Shown: positions 49,621 to 59,179 of the stretch, one piece after another
Position numbering within the stretch: the stretch's first letter is position 1
Layout: each line of letters begins with the position of its first letter
From: a bacterium
Lineage (GTDB): Bacteria > Patescibacteriota > Patescibacteriia > S139-126
NCBI GenBank assembly: GCA_030666865.1
Contig: DAOUWZ010000003.1
Span: 19,873 to 83,872 of the forward strand
Reading direction: 5' to 3'
Length of the DNA: 64,000 nucleotides
The notes under the pieces: model-generated
What the model saw: only the letters and a program-made list of their open reading frames with translations
What the model was told of the DNA's origin: nothing
Database searches by the model: none
Program-made: the position numbers and the translations under genes

Positions 49621-50754
49621 ATGACGACTGAAACAAAATTTAATTTTGAGAATGAGAAAGAGAAGAAACCAGAGTGGCTGGAAAAAGTAAGGGAATATTA
49701 TGGAGGGGAGGTTCATTCTCATAGTAGGTGGAGTGATCGGGGCGAGGTAGAAGGGGGAGGAGAAGAAAAGGTGATCCATAGTGAAACGCGCTTATTAGAG
49801 TATGCTGATAAGTTGGGTTTGAATTTTGTGGTTTTTTCAGAACATGCTTCTGATCCTGGAAATCCGGTTAAACTTCCAGAATCACATCCGATTTGCCAGT
49901 CTTTACTTAAAGAGAAGGAGAGAATTGATGAGATTAATTTATCAGGTAAATATAAAGTCCAGGCTTTTTCAGCTGTTGAGGCCAGTATTTTTTTTGATGA
50001 AACAGGTGAAACGATAATTGACGTGCCTGATTCTATTTTACATAAATTGAATTTGGTTGTTGCTTCGCGGCATACTATTGCAGAACAACTTGAGCCAACC
50101 AAGATAAAGGAATCATTATTGGCTGCGGTAAATAATTTTGAGGTTGATATCATTGGCCATCCTTATAGGTATATTGAATTTTACAAGCACGACTGGAACT
50201 ATTTTAAAAAATATTGGCGAAAGGATCCAGATACATATGCAGAGTTAGAAGAGTTGGAAAGTAACAAACAGTGGGATTTAATAAAACAAATTATCGGAAA
50301 GGAAGATATAAAGAATAATGAAAGGATAAAAGAGCTTAATGAATTATTCTTGCAACTAAAAGATGAATATTGGCAAGTCTGGGATGAGACCTTAATGTCA
50401 ATGGAAAAAAACGGCAAAGCGTTTGAGATTAATCTAAGTATTTTTGATCCATCCAAGGAGTTTTATCGTTCTTTATTAGAGAGAGCTTCTGGATATCAAA
50501 ATCTAAATTTTTCTATTAGTTATGATTTTCATAATTTAGAGAAATTGGCCAATTTAAATAATAAGGGCAGTGTTACTGAGAAACCAGCTGATATAAAAAA
50601 TCTTGGTAGAAGTAAAGCAGTGCAGAGATTGCTTGATTTGATCAGTTTACTAGAGTCTTTGAATATCGGATCAGATAAAATAATAAATTCTTCCAGTGAA
50701 AATTTAGAGGAGTTTATTGAAGAAAGAAATAAGAAAAAAAGGAGTATTTATTAG
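49621..50754 (+). CDS. PHP-domain phosphoesterase with helical insertion
   Basis: HSHSRWSD, SEH, VEA, ASRH, IIGHP, FEIN, YDFH. Confidence 0.75.
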   Translation: MTTETKFNFENEKEKKPEWLEKVREYYGGEVHSHSRWSDRGEVEGGGEEKVIHSETRLLEYADKLGLNFVVFSEHASDPGNPVKLPESHPICQSLLKEKERIDEINLSGKYKVQAFSAVEASIFFDETGETIIDVPDSILHKLNLVVASRHTIAEQLEPTKIKESLLAAVNNFEVDIIGHPYRYIEFYKHDWNYFKKYWRKDPDTYAELEELESNKQWDLIKQIIGKEDIKNNERIKELNELFLQLKDEYWQVWDETLMSMEKNGKAFEINLSIFDPSKEFYRSLLERASGYQNLNFSISYDFHNLEKLANLNNKGSVTEKPADIKNLGRSKAVQRLLDLISLLESLNIGSDKIINSSSENLEEFIEERNKKKRSIY

Positions 50755-50836
50755 AAAGAAGTTAAGTCTAACTTTTTTATGGGATTAGTTGGAAGCTATC
50801 TTGCAACCGCAGAATAATCTTATTTTTATTATTAAT

Positions 50837-52375
50837 ATGAAAAAAACGCTAATAATATGTTGTCTAATAATTGGAGTGCTGGCCGTGGTGATTGTTTTAC
50901 TATTTCTTAATACAGAAAAAAATATGACTAAGACAAACAATAATTCAGCTGAAATCATTCGTTACCCGGCTGTGGCCGGACAATTTTATCCTGCACAAAA
51001 GAGTGAAATAGCAGAGCAATTGCAAGCTGATTTACAATCAACAAAAGATATTCAGTTTGATTATAAACCGCGTATCTTATTAGTCCCTCATGCCGGTTAT
51101 ATTTATTCTGGTCAGGTGATGGCTGCTGGTTTTAAAACTATTGAAAGCATTGATTATCATCGCGTAATAATTTTGGGAGTTAGTCATAATTATTCATTTG
51201 ACGGAATAGCCGCTTCCTCGGCTGATATCTGGCAAACACCTTTGGGAGCTATTTCAGTTGATCAAAGTTTCATTGATGAACTTATCAATCAAAATGAAGA
51301 AGTTTTTAAAAATGACGAATATCATAGACCAGAACATAGTTTAGAAGTTGAGATTCCTTGGTTGCAGAGTTTAATAAAAAATAATTTCAAAGTAGTGCCT
51401 TTGCTTTTAGGTAATGATGAGCAGGCTGTCCTGGCTAATTTAGCTAAAACTTTAAGTGATTTATGGGATGACGACACTTTATTAGTTATTAGTTCTGATT
51501 TATCTCATTATCCCCCGTATAAGATAGCCAGGGAGGTGGATAACAAAATACTTGATGCCATAGTAAGCGGCAAGGTGGATAATTTTTATGATACTTATGC
51601 TTGGTTAGAAGAAAATTTTTCCAATACCGCAGATACTTTTGCTTGTGGTCATGCCGCTATTGCTGTTGGTATGATGTTAGCCGAAGATAAGTCGTTTTTT
51701 GGAAAATTGTTAGCTTACGCAAATTCTGGCGATGTGTCTTTCGGTGATAAAGATAGAGTGGTTGGTTATGGGGCAGTTGTTTTTGGAAATGGCAATCAAA
51801 TTTTTACGGCTGATAATTTGGATAGGGATTTGACTGGCACTGAACAGAATTTAGCTTTGAAATTTTCTCGTGCCGTGCTTGAAAATTATTATTTTAGCAA
51901 AGATAATTTGCTTGATTTAAGCGCTTATCCAGTTTTTCAAACTGAACGAGGAGTATTTGTTACTTTAAGGGATAAAAGAAGTCATGGTTTAAGAGGTTGT
52001 ATTGGTAATATTATTCCTACCAGTATATTGGCAGATAATATTAAAGAGATGTCTATCGCTGCTGCTACTAATGATCCTAGGTTTCAAAGCGTAACCGCAG
52101 ATGAATTGGATCAGATCAGTATAGAGGTATCTGTTTTATCGCCTATGCGATTAATTCAAACTCCAGATGAAATAGAATTAGGGAAACATGGTGTGCTTAT
52201 TAAGCAAGGATTTAGAACCGGAGTATTCCTGCCTCAAGTAGCAACTGAAACCGGTTGGGATTTGGAAATTTTTATGTCAAAATTATGCACAGATAAAGCG
52301 GGGATAGAGGCTACTGCATGGCAAACTGGTCAGGCGGAAATATATGTTTTTACCGCACAAGTATTTGGTGAATAA
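50837..52375 (+). CDS. amrB: AmmeMemoRadiSam protein B/A fusion (Memo + AMMECR1) with N-terminal TM
   Basis: PAVAGQFYP, PHAGYIYSG, EHSLEV, SSDLSHY; then GVFVTL, LRGCIG, DPRF, FLPQVA. Confidence 0.92.
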   Translation: MKKTLIICCLIIGVLAVVIVLLFLNTEKNMTKTNNNSAEIIRYPAVAGQFYPAQKSEIAEQLQADLQSTKDIQFDYKPRILLVPHAGYIYSGQVMAAGFKTIESIDYHRVIILGVSHNYSFDGIAASSADIWQTPLGAISVDQSFIDELINQNEEVFKNDEYHRPEHSLEVEIPWLQSLIKNNFKVVPLLLGNDEQAVLANLAKTLSDLWDDDTLLVISSDLSHYPPYKIAREVDNKILDAIVSGKVDNFYDTYAWLEENFSNTADTFACGHAAIAVGMMLAEDKSFFGKLLAYANSGDVSFGDKDRVVGYGAVVFGNGNQIFTADNLDRDLTGTEQNLALKFSRAVLENYYFSKDNLLDLSAYPVFQTERGVFVTLRDKRSHGLRGCIGNIIPTSILADNIKEMSIAAATNDPRFQSVTADELDQISIEVSVLSPMRLIQTPDEIELGKHGVLIKQGFRTGVFLPQVATETGWDLEIFMSKLCTDKAGIEATAWQTGQAEIYVFTAQVFGE

Positions 52376-52380
52376 ATTTT

Positions 52381-53421
52381 ATGAAAGAATGTATTAATTA
52401 TAAAAAGAATAATGACAGTACTCTCAAATGTGAAGCGTGTAACCATTTTTGTTTAATCCAAGAAGGCAAAGTTGGAGTTTGCGGTATTCGTCAGAACCAA
52501 AACGGCAAGCTATATTTATTGGCGTACGGCAAGGCAGTAGCAGCGCAAATTGATCCAGTTGAAAAAAAACCTTTATTTCATTTTTTACCTGGGGCAAAGG
52601 TTTTTTCTTTTGGTACGGTTGGTTGTAATTTTCGCTGTTTAAATTGTCAGAATCACGACATTTCACAAATGTTTGAGAATAAAGGGAATATTAATGATTA
52701 TGATAAAATTTTTTGGGGTAGAAAATTAAGTCCAGCGGAAATTGTTGATGCCGCCATAGCCAATAATTGTGTAGGTATTGCTTATACTTACAATGAGCCA
52801 ACAGTTTGGATGGAATATGCTTTAGATACTATGAAACTGGCTAAAGAAAAATCTTTGAAAAATATTTGGGTTTCCAATGGTTATATGTCTGTTCAGACCA
52901 GGGAGATGATAGAACCTTATTTAGATGCTATTAATATAGATATTAAGTCTTATGATCCAGATTTTTATCGCCGTATTACTGGAGCGACATTGAAACCGGT
53001 GCTTGATAATTGCCGTTATTTTGCCAAGCAGTCAAATGTCTGGTTGGAAATTACCACTTTGATAATTCCTACCCTGTCCGATCAAGAGGAAATGCTTAAT
53101 GGTTTAGTCAAGTTTATCAAAAAAGAGTTAGGCGCTGATGTTCCATGGCATGTCAGCGCTTTTTCTGGCAGTATTTCTTGGCGGTTGCAGAATTTGCCTG
53201 ACACTCAACCAGAATCTGTTAATAAAGTGTATGAGATAGGCAAGAAAGCTGGGCTTGATTATGTTTATACAGGTAATTTATGGCAGAACGGACAAGAAAA
53301 TACTTATTGCCCTAAATGTGGCGAGTTGATTATAGAACGTCGGGGTTATGATATTATTAGGTATGATAGACAAGGAAAGTGCGGGGTTTGTAATCATAAC
53401 TTAGCTGGGATTTTTTTGTGA
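52381..53421 (+). CDS. amrS: AmmeMemoRadiSam radical SAM enzyme
   Basis: DPVEKKPLFHF, GCNFRCLNCQN, AYTYNEP, NIDIK. Confidence 0.93.
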   Translation: MKECINYKKNNDSTLKCEACNHFCLIQEGKVGVCGIRQNQNGKLYLLAYGKAVAAQIDPVEKKPLFHFLPGAKVFSFGTVGCNFRCLNCQNHDISQMFENKGNINDYDKIFWGRKLSPAEIVDAAIANNCVGIAYTYNEPTVWMEYALDTMKLAKEKSLKNIWVSNGYMSVQTREMIEPYLDAINIDIKSYDPDFYRRITGATLKPVLDNCRYFAKQSNVWLEITTLIIPTLSDQEEMLNGLVKFIKKELGADVPWHVSAFSGSISWRLQNLPDTQPESVNKVYEIGKKAGLDYVYTGNLWQNGQENTYCPKCGELIIERRGYDIIRYDRQGKCGVCNHNLAGIFL

Positions 53422-53422
53422 A

Positions 53423-53908
53423 ATAAAAAAATTCCTGGCCAGTTTAATTACAGCAGATAAAACCCATCCTGTTCCTAAAATTAGATTTATCCAAGAAGAT
53501 AATCTAGAGAAATTCCTTTTTGATAATTTAGTAAAATGGCAAGAAGAAATTATTTTTGGTGATGGAATTTGGTGGGGTTTTCAAAATCAAAATTTTGCCG
53601 ATACTTATGAAAAATGGATTGATTTTACTTGGAAAACTAAACAATGTAAAGATCCAAATTACAAAATCCAATTTTTTAGTAATCAAACAAAAATTGAACA
53701 AAAATTAAGTAGTAAGTATGCTAAAAAAAGAGAAGTTAGATTTATGGAAGAAACAAATTTTACTGCCAACACTTGGGTGTGCGGTGATTATTTAATTTTA
53801 ATTTCTACTCATCAACGTCCTTTTTATTTAATTGAAATCCATGACGCAATGTTAGCGTATAATATTAGGGAACTATTTAAAAAACTTTGGGACATTGGTG
53901 TTAAATAG
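53423..53908 (+). pseudogene. 5'-truncated TrmB-like regulator (C-terminal domain only)
   Basis: Open frame without start or HTH: ...PVPKIRFIQ...NTWVCGDYL...FYLIEIHD...RELFKKLWD*. Confidence 0.6.
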
Positions 53909-54139
53909 TATTTACTCATTATATTTTAAATTTTAACGTGGTAAGCTTGTTACGTAGCATATTATGTAACAAAAAAATCTCTCAAGATTCTTGGGAGATT
54001 TTTTGATCCCGCCTATGCCTTTAGGGCTACGGCGGGCGCGGTGGGGTGGTAAGCAAAATTTTATTATAACTAGTGATATTTTAGGGAATGGGGGTTGGAG
54101 TGGTTATTACAGAGTAGGATTAAGGGAATTGAAAAAGTA

Positions 54140-54433
54140 TTAATTTTCTACATTAAATTTCATTTTATTAATATCTTCCAAAAAATCCAATGTTGATTTA
54201 ACCGAAAGGCCTTGAGTATTTTTTAAGATAACCCTATCACCAAATTTATTAATCAAAGAACTTAAAAATTCATCACCCCAAGAAGGAGAAAAAACATCAA
54301 CCCCATCAAAATCAACTTCTATTTTCTCGTCATTTTGTATATCTTTTAAAGACGGCAAAAAAGCAGCAAAGGCTTCTTTGCCAAGCATTCTGCCGTTCAA
54401 TAATGTTCCAAATTTTTTTAAATAAATAGTCAT
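54140..54433 (-). CDS. STAS-like DUF4325 protein
   Basis: FGTLLNGR..GKE, VDFDGVDVFSPSWGDEF. Confidence 0.8.
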   Translation of the reverse strand: MTIYLKKFGTLLNGRMLGKEAFAAFLPSLKDIQNDEKIEVDFDGVDVFSPSWGDEFLSSLINKFGDRVILKNTQGLSVKSTLDFLEDINKMKFNVEN

Positions 54434-54514
54434 AAGCAAAGCTTCGTTTCTTCGTTCGCTCGAAAGTATAAGAGCACTAGCTCTTATACTTTACTCGCTT
54501 ACTTGAAAATAAAA

Positions 54515-55249
54515 TTAAAATTGAATTAATGCCAAACATCCACAAAGTTTGACTGATGATTTTTTAATATTTAAATCAATATCACCTTTTTTTATTTCAA
54601 GTTTAGCATCACCAGTTTGAAAAAATAATTTTATTTCGTTATTAATTACTGTTTTTTTTACATATTTCAAACCATTCCCCCTTGACTCTGGGGAACGACC
54701 AGAAATAATTTCAGTAAATGCAGTTTCTATAGCATCTAAATGATTATTTAATTCTGGTTTAACTTTTTTTAAAGTTTTTAAGATACCTTGACCTCTATCC
54801 GCTAAAACAATTTTTCTTTTTTTAAAATCATAAGCAAAAAATATCCCCATAATATCCGGCCAATTACCAAAATTATGGGCAAAAGAATTATCGCCAATTT
54901 CACCGGCTATACTGGTAATTGAAAAGTAGTTGTCTTTTAAGTTTTCTATTTTGCTCAATTCATTTCTTAATTTAGTTAATCGTGCTTGAAAAGCAGAAGT
55001 GTCTTTACAATAAAGATCATATCGCGGCTCAATTCCCGATTTATCTAAAACCCAACTCTTTGCCATTTTAAATATATCTTTTAAATTATTTTTTATATAT
55101 TCGTCAATATCTTCTTTTTTATAATAGCGATAATTATTTTTTCCGCGTATCGAAACTAGACGACCACTGTCATCCCAGCGACGCAAAGTTTGAGAATTAA
55201 CCCCAAGCATTTCAGATGCTTTTTTTATTGTAATTAAGTTAATATTCAT
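54515..55249 (-). CDS. MerR/excisionase-type HTH fused to an HATPase (anti-sigma kinase-like) domain
   Basis: ASEMLGVNSQTLRRWD...YRYY; EIGDNSFAH, ADRGQGI, RGNGL. Confidence 0.85.
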   Translation of the reverse strand: MNINLITIKKASEMLGVNSQTLRRWDDSGRLVSIRGKNNYRYYKKEDIDEYIKNNLKDIFKMAKSWVLDKSGIEPRYDLYCKDTSAFQARLTKLRNELSKIENLKDNYFSITSIAGEIGDNSFAHNFGNWPDIMGIFFAYDFKKRKIVLADRGQGILKTLKKVKPELNNHLDAIETAFTEIISGRSPESRGNGLKYVKKTVINNEIKLFFQTGDAKLEIKKGDIDLNIKKSSVKLCGCLALIQF

Positions 55250-55250
55250 A

Positions 55251-55325
55251 AACTTTATACAAATTTAATCAAACCTTATACATTTTTATTATAAACCTTA
55301 TACAAAATTTTGTCAACCTTATACA
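55251..55325. promoter_or_regulatory. Four phased direct repeats AAC(C/T)TTATACA
   Basis: Starts at 55251, 55272, 55294, 55315 (21/22/21 spacing), overlapping the TTGACA promoter of the HTH gene. Confidence 0.8.
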
Positions 55326-55502
55326 TTTTTATATTATAAAAATTAATAAAAACGAGGCTGTAAACCTCGTTTGGTGAATGTCAGAAAGAATCTTGTCAGA
55401 TAGAGAGTATATGGTTAATGTTAAAGAAAATGTATTAGCGATAAGTAATTATAAAAAAGGCAGTCAGTTGATGCTGACTGCCAATAAACCTATTTTTTAA
55501 AA

Positions 55503-55611
55503 AAATGTGGCGAGATGATTATAGAACGTCGGGGTTATGATATTATTAGGTATGATAGACAAGGAAAGTGCGGGGTTTGTAATAATAACTTAGCTGGGAT
55601 TTTTTTGTGAA
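55503..55611 (+). repeat. 109-bp direct repeat of the amrS 3' end (53314-53422)
   Basis: Two mismatches over 109 bp, stop codon included. Confidence 0.95.
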
Positions 55612-55804
55612 TATATCACCTGCCCGCTAGTGCCAGGTATGGAAGACGGGGAAATTATGCCTCGTTTATATTTGTTTTTTTGTCTTACGGAAATTAAGGC
55701 AGTTTTTTTAAATTAAAACATCTCTATATTTAACTCTAGAGATAACTCTAGAGATGTGTTACTGATAATAATAAAACCTCTGACAAAAGCCAGAGGTTTT
55801 ATTA

Positions 55805-55823
55805 TGGGGTGGCTAGAGGGAAT
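55805..55823 (-). other. tRNA-His 3'-end fragment (att-like site)
   Basis: Minus strand ATTCCCTCTAGCCACCCCA resembles the canonical tRNA-His 3' end (...TAGCCACCCCA); followed on the minus strand by hairpin 55773-55800. Confidence 0.7.
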
Positions 55824-56265
55824 TACGCCTCACCCGCTATCGCGGAATCGTTGCCCTGGGTACCAAATAATCCTGCACTTCCGCCAGTTGGCGGATCAGA
55901 TTATTTGTCACTCGCTTCGTCGCTGACACTCCTTGCTCGTTCGTACCCGTTCGATTCCCACAACTAATCATCTAATTAAAAAACCATCAGCATAAAGCTA
56001 ATGATTTTTTAATGGGGTCAGGAACTGACCGCTCTTATAACTTTATTTGAAGATCGGCCGTATATGACCATGTTAAAGGAAAAAATTGCAATAATCAAGA
56101 AAGTTCAGAAAGAATATAATTATTATCCCGCTAATTAGAGATGGGGAGTTTGTTGCCCCGTTTCTGCCCACTGTGTGCCCGTGTGGCGAGCGGTTGGGAG
56201 GAAATAAGAGATTAACACCTAAGAAACGAGATTGAGAGAATTTAAATGATTTGTGAGTAGATTAA

Positions 56266-58377
56266 TTATTTTCCGTAATTATAATTTTTTTTATAATATT
56301 TTAACCTCTTCTTAAACATTCTCTCCAAATACTCAATTTCTTTGTCCCTATAATCATAAACAGTCTTTCTGACTTTATCGCTATGAAGTAGCCGGCCGAC
56401 ATATTGAGTTAGTTTGCCTTCAAAAGAAAAAGGATAAATCAAAAATAAACAATTTAAGTTATTAAAATGAGTGCCTTCACCGAGCAGTTGGCCAGTGGCA
56501 ATAATAATTTGAAAATGACCTGATTCAATTTGTTTGACCTTTTCTTGTTTTTTCTTTGGAGTTAAATCGCCAATTAAAGTAATAACTTCAAAATCCCTTT
56601 TTAAATAAGCGTTCATGATTTGAACATGGTCTTTACGTTCTGTTAAAACTAAACATTTTTTCCCTTTATTGGCTTCCTTCTTAATATTTTCAGCGATTAA
56701 CTCGTTTCTTTGTGAGTCAAAGGTAATAATTTTTGCAAGAAGTTGATAATCTTCCGTTTTAATTTTATATGGAAACTGAATTTTAGTGTCATTAATAATA
56801 ATTTTAACTTTTGCATTTTTTGATTTTATTGTTTCAGTCTTAAAGTCTCTATTAACCTCATGAATTATTTGTCCAAGATAGACAAAGATTAATTTTTCAT
56901 CATTATGCTTTCTAATGGGTGTGGCTGTTAGTCCATAAAGATTATATGGATTAAATTGAGTAATTACCTGGCGAAACATTTTGGCTGGCATGTGATGACA
57001 CTCATCAACTAAAACTAATCCGAATTGATCTGATAATTTCTTCAAATCATTCATGCGAGTTAATGTTTGAATCATAGCGACTGTTATTGGGAGTTTAATT
57101 GATTTTTTGTTACTTCCAATCTGTCCGATTTTTCTTTTTGGAATTTGTAAAAAGTTTTCAATTCTTTCAATCCACTGATCATAAATTTGTTTGCGGTGAG
57201 TGATAATTAAGGCTGGCTGTTTTTTGTTGGCAATCAGGTCTAAAGCCATTATGGTTTTGCCAGAGCCAGGCGGTGCAACCAGAATTCCTTGATCTATGTT
57301 TTCAAAAGCCTCAACTGCTTCTTGTTGATAATCAAACAATTTAAAAGTTGATTTGTATTTTACTTCATCACATTTGTGTCGCTCATCATAAATTTTATAA
57401 GGAACATTATTATCATTGAGATATTGGGTCAACTCGTCAAGAAAACCTCGCGGAATTAATACATTATGGTCATCTTTAACTATGGTTTTAAAATATTTCT
57501 CTAATTGGTAAACCGATAACCCCATTTTTTGTTTGATAGCGTATTCATTATTGAAAAAATTTAATTCATCTGCTAAAAAATTAGATAATTGCTTATTAAT
57601 ATATTTTTTGGCTATTACAATATGAGAATTAATAATAATTGGTATGGCGTCTCCTTTATGTTTAAATTTTTTGGCCGTAGTTTTTTTATTTGAAAACTTT
57701 TCAAATAAATCATCCAATTTCTGAGTAGAAATTTTTTTAATCGAATTTAACAATTGCCATTGGTCATCTATTGGAGTAAAGTTGTTCTTAGGGTCAAGAA
57801 AAATACTATTGCTTTGTTGTCTTGATTTGCCTTGTAACGGCAAAGCTATTAAATTGCCCAATCCTTTGCCGCTATGGTAATCTTGGTTAGGAAATAATCT
57901 GTCAAAACTTTCTTCTTTTTCAAAATTGTCAATATTTTTAGATTCTTTGATTGAATGCAAAAATATTTTCCTTGATTTATAAGCAGGGTAAGCGCTGTCA
58001 AAAAACCACCAAACATGACCGCCATTGCCAGAACGAGATCTTTCAATGTAGGCTGATAAATTGTATTTATCGCCTTGCTTTAATAATCTCTTAACAGATT
58101 TTATCCAGTCTTTCCCATCAAAATCTGCAACCATAAACCAAGAACTATTATCTTGAAGCAACGGGTAAATGCCAATAGCTTTATACCCTCTTAAGTGCTT
58201 TTCGATAACATCGTTTGTCAACGGCGCTAGTTCTTTCTTGCTTCTGTCTTTGTGAACAGGAAAATATCCGCTGGCACTACCATCCCACTTCTCCCATCTT
58301 AAAGCATAAACATCGCTTCTACCCTGAAAAAGCGATGTAAATATTTTAATTTTTTGATCTGGGGTAAGATTAATCAT
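56266..58377 (-). CDS. AEP primase-like (TOTE-type) domain fused to a DEAD/ResIII SF2 helicase
   Basis: FQGRSDVYA, IGIYPL, DFD, ERSRSGNGGHVW, DRLFPNQD, GNLIALPLQ; PPGSGKT, DECHH, GLTATP, QYVGR. Confidence 0.85.
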   Translation of the reverse strand: MINLTPDQKIKIFTSLFQGRSDVYALRWEKWDGSASGYFPVHKDRSKKELAPLTNDVIEKHLRGYKAIGIYPLLQDNSSWFMVADFDGKDWIKSVKRLLKQGDKYNLSAYIERSRSGNGGHVWWFFDSAYPAYKSRKIFLHSIKESKNIDNFEKEESFDRLFPNQDYHSGKGLGNLIALPLQGKSRQQSNSIFLDPKNNFTPIDDQWQLLNSIKKISTQKLDDLFEKFSNKKTTAKKFKHKGDAIPIIINSHIVIAKKYINKQLSNFLADELNFFNNEYAIKQKMGLSVYQLEKYFKTIVKDDHNVLIPRGFLDELTQYLNDNNVPYKIYDERHKCDEVKYKSTFKLFDYQQEAVEAFENIDQGILVAPPGSGKTIMALDLIANKKQPALIITHRKQIYDQWIERIENFLQIPKRKIGQIGSNKKSIKLPITVAMIQTLTRMNDLKKLSDQFGLVLVDECHHMPAKMFRQVITQFNPYNLYGLTATPIRKHNDEKLIFVYLGQIIHEVNRDFKTETIKSKNAKVKIIINDTKIQFPYKIKTEDYQLLAKIITFDSQRNELIAENIKKEANKGKKCLVLTERKDHVQIMNAYLKRDFEVITLIGDLTPKKKQEKVKQIESGHFQIIIATGQLLGEGTHFNNLNCLFLIYPFSFEGKLTQYVGRLLHSDKVRKTVYDYRDKEIEYLERMFKKRLKYYKKNYNYGK

Positions 58378-58382
58378 AAAAA

Positions 58383-58943
58383 TTAATTTTTAGCTGTTAT
58401 CTTCTTGCTAAAATATTTATGATAAATTTCTCCAAGCATATCGTGAAATCCCCAACCCATATCACTTGTACCAGATACTATTTTTTGGAAACGAAGTAAA
58501 TAATCATTTTCAATTTTACTATCAATTACAAATTTAGCTGCTAATTCATACATATTTTCCATACTATTATAAAACGGCTCATCAATATCTCCGTACTCCA
58601 AAGTGAAATCAACTCCCATCTCAACATAATAAATCATTAAATCAGCAATGAAATGTGAATTGTCGCATAGCTTTTTAAAATCACTAACTGCTCTACGAGC
58701 CACAGATAATCGCATTTTACCCAATCCTCTATCTGGAAAAAATTCGTTTTTGATAATTTTCTTATACTTGTCACGTAAATCTAAACCACCACCTTCTACT
58801 AATTTAGATTGATAAAATTCTTTAACTTTGGGGAATTTTTTAAACAATTCAATAACATCATCCGACAGGGTTTGTTTGGATGAATTTTGTAGATACTTCT
58901 TTAATTGCGAAATCGATATTGATGTCATAATTTTCTTTTCCAA
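58383..58943 (-). CDS. DUF6155-like hypothetical protein
   Basis: KIIKNEFFPDRG..KMRLSVAR, YYVEMGVDFT.EYGDIDEPFY, GWGFHD. Confidence 0.7.
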   Translation of the reverse strand: MEKKIMTSISISQLKKYLQNSSKQTLSDDVIELFKKFPKVKEFYQSKLVEGGGLDLRDKYKKIIKNEFFPDRGLGKMRLSVARRAVSDFKKLCDNSHFIADLMIYYVEMGVDFTLEYGDIDEPFYNSMENMYELAAKFVIDSKIENDYLLRFQKIVSGTSDMGWGFHDMLGEIYHKYFSKKITAKN

Positions 58944-59179
58944 AAATCATATTCATTTTTTCTAAAAGTCGCTTCGTCCAAATCACAAACTTTGTGCTTA
59001 TTCCTCATAACTTGAATAAAATCTTTATGAGTAATGAGAAAGTCCTTATGACCTTTTATAATTTCCTGCATTTTTTGATAACACTTCTTCTGCTTATCTA
59101 AATCATCATAACATTTACGGGTGCAAATGTTGCCATAAAACCAATTTAAAGCGTGTTGGGATTTTACTTTGTGCGGCAT
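58925..59179 (-). CDS. Small hypothetical protein
   Basis: 84-aa ORF overlapping both neighbours. Confidence 0.45.
   Translation of the reverse strand: MPHKVKSQHALNWFYGNICTRKCYDDLDKQKKCYQKMQEIIKGHKDFLITHKDFIQVMRNKHKVCDLDEATFRKNEYDFWKRKL

Noticed and set aside
28000-50800. Integron cassette array
   Set aside because: No integrase and no recurring attC-type sites were recognised between the accessory genes
53940-53975. dif-like site
   Set aside because: Only TATTATGT resembles dif; better explained as a degenerate copy of the 14001 palindrome
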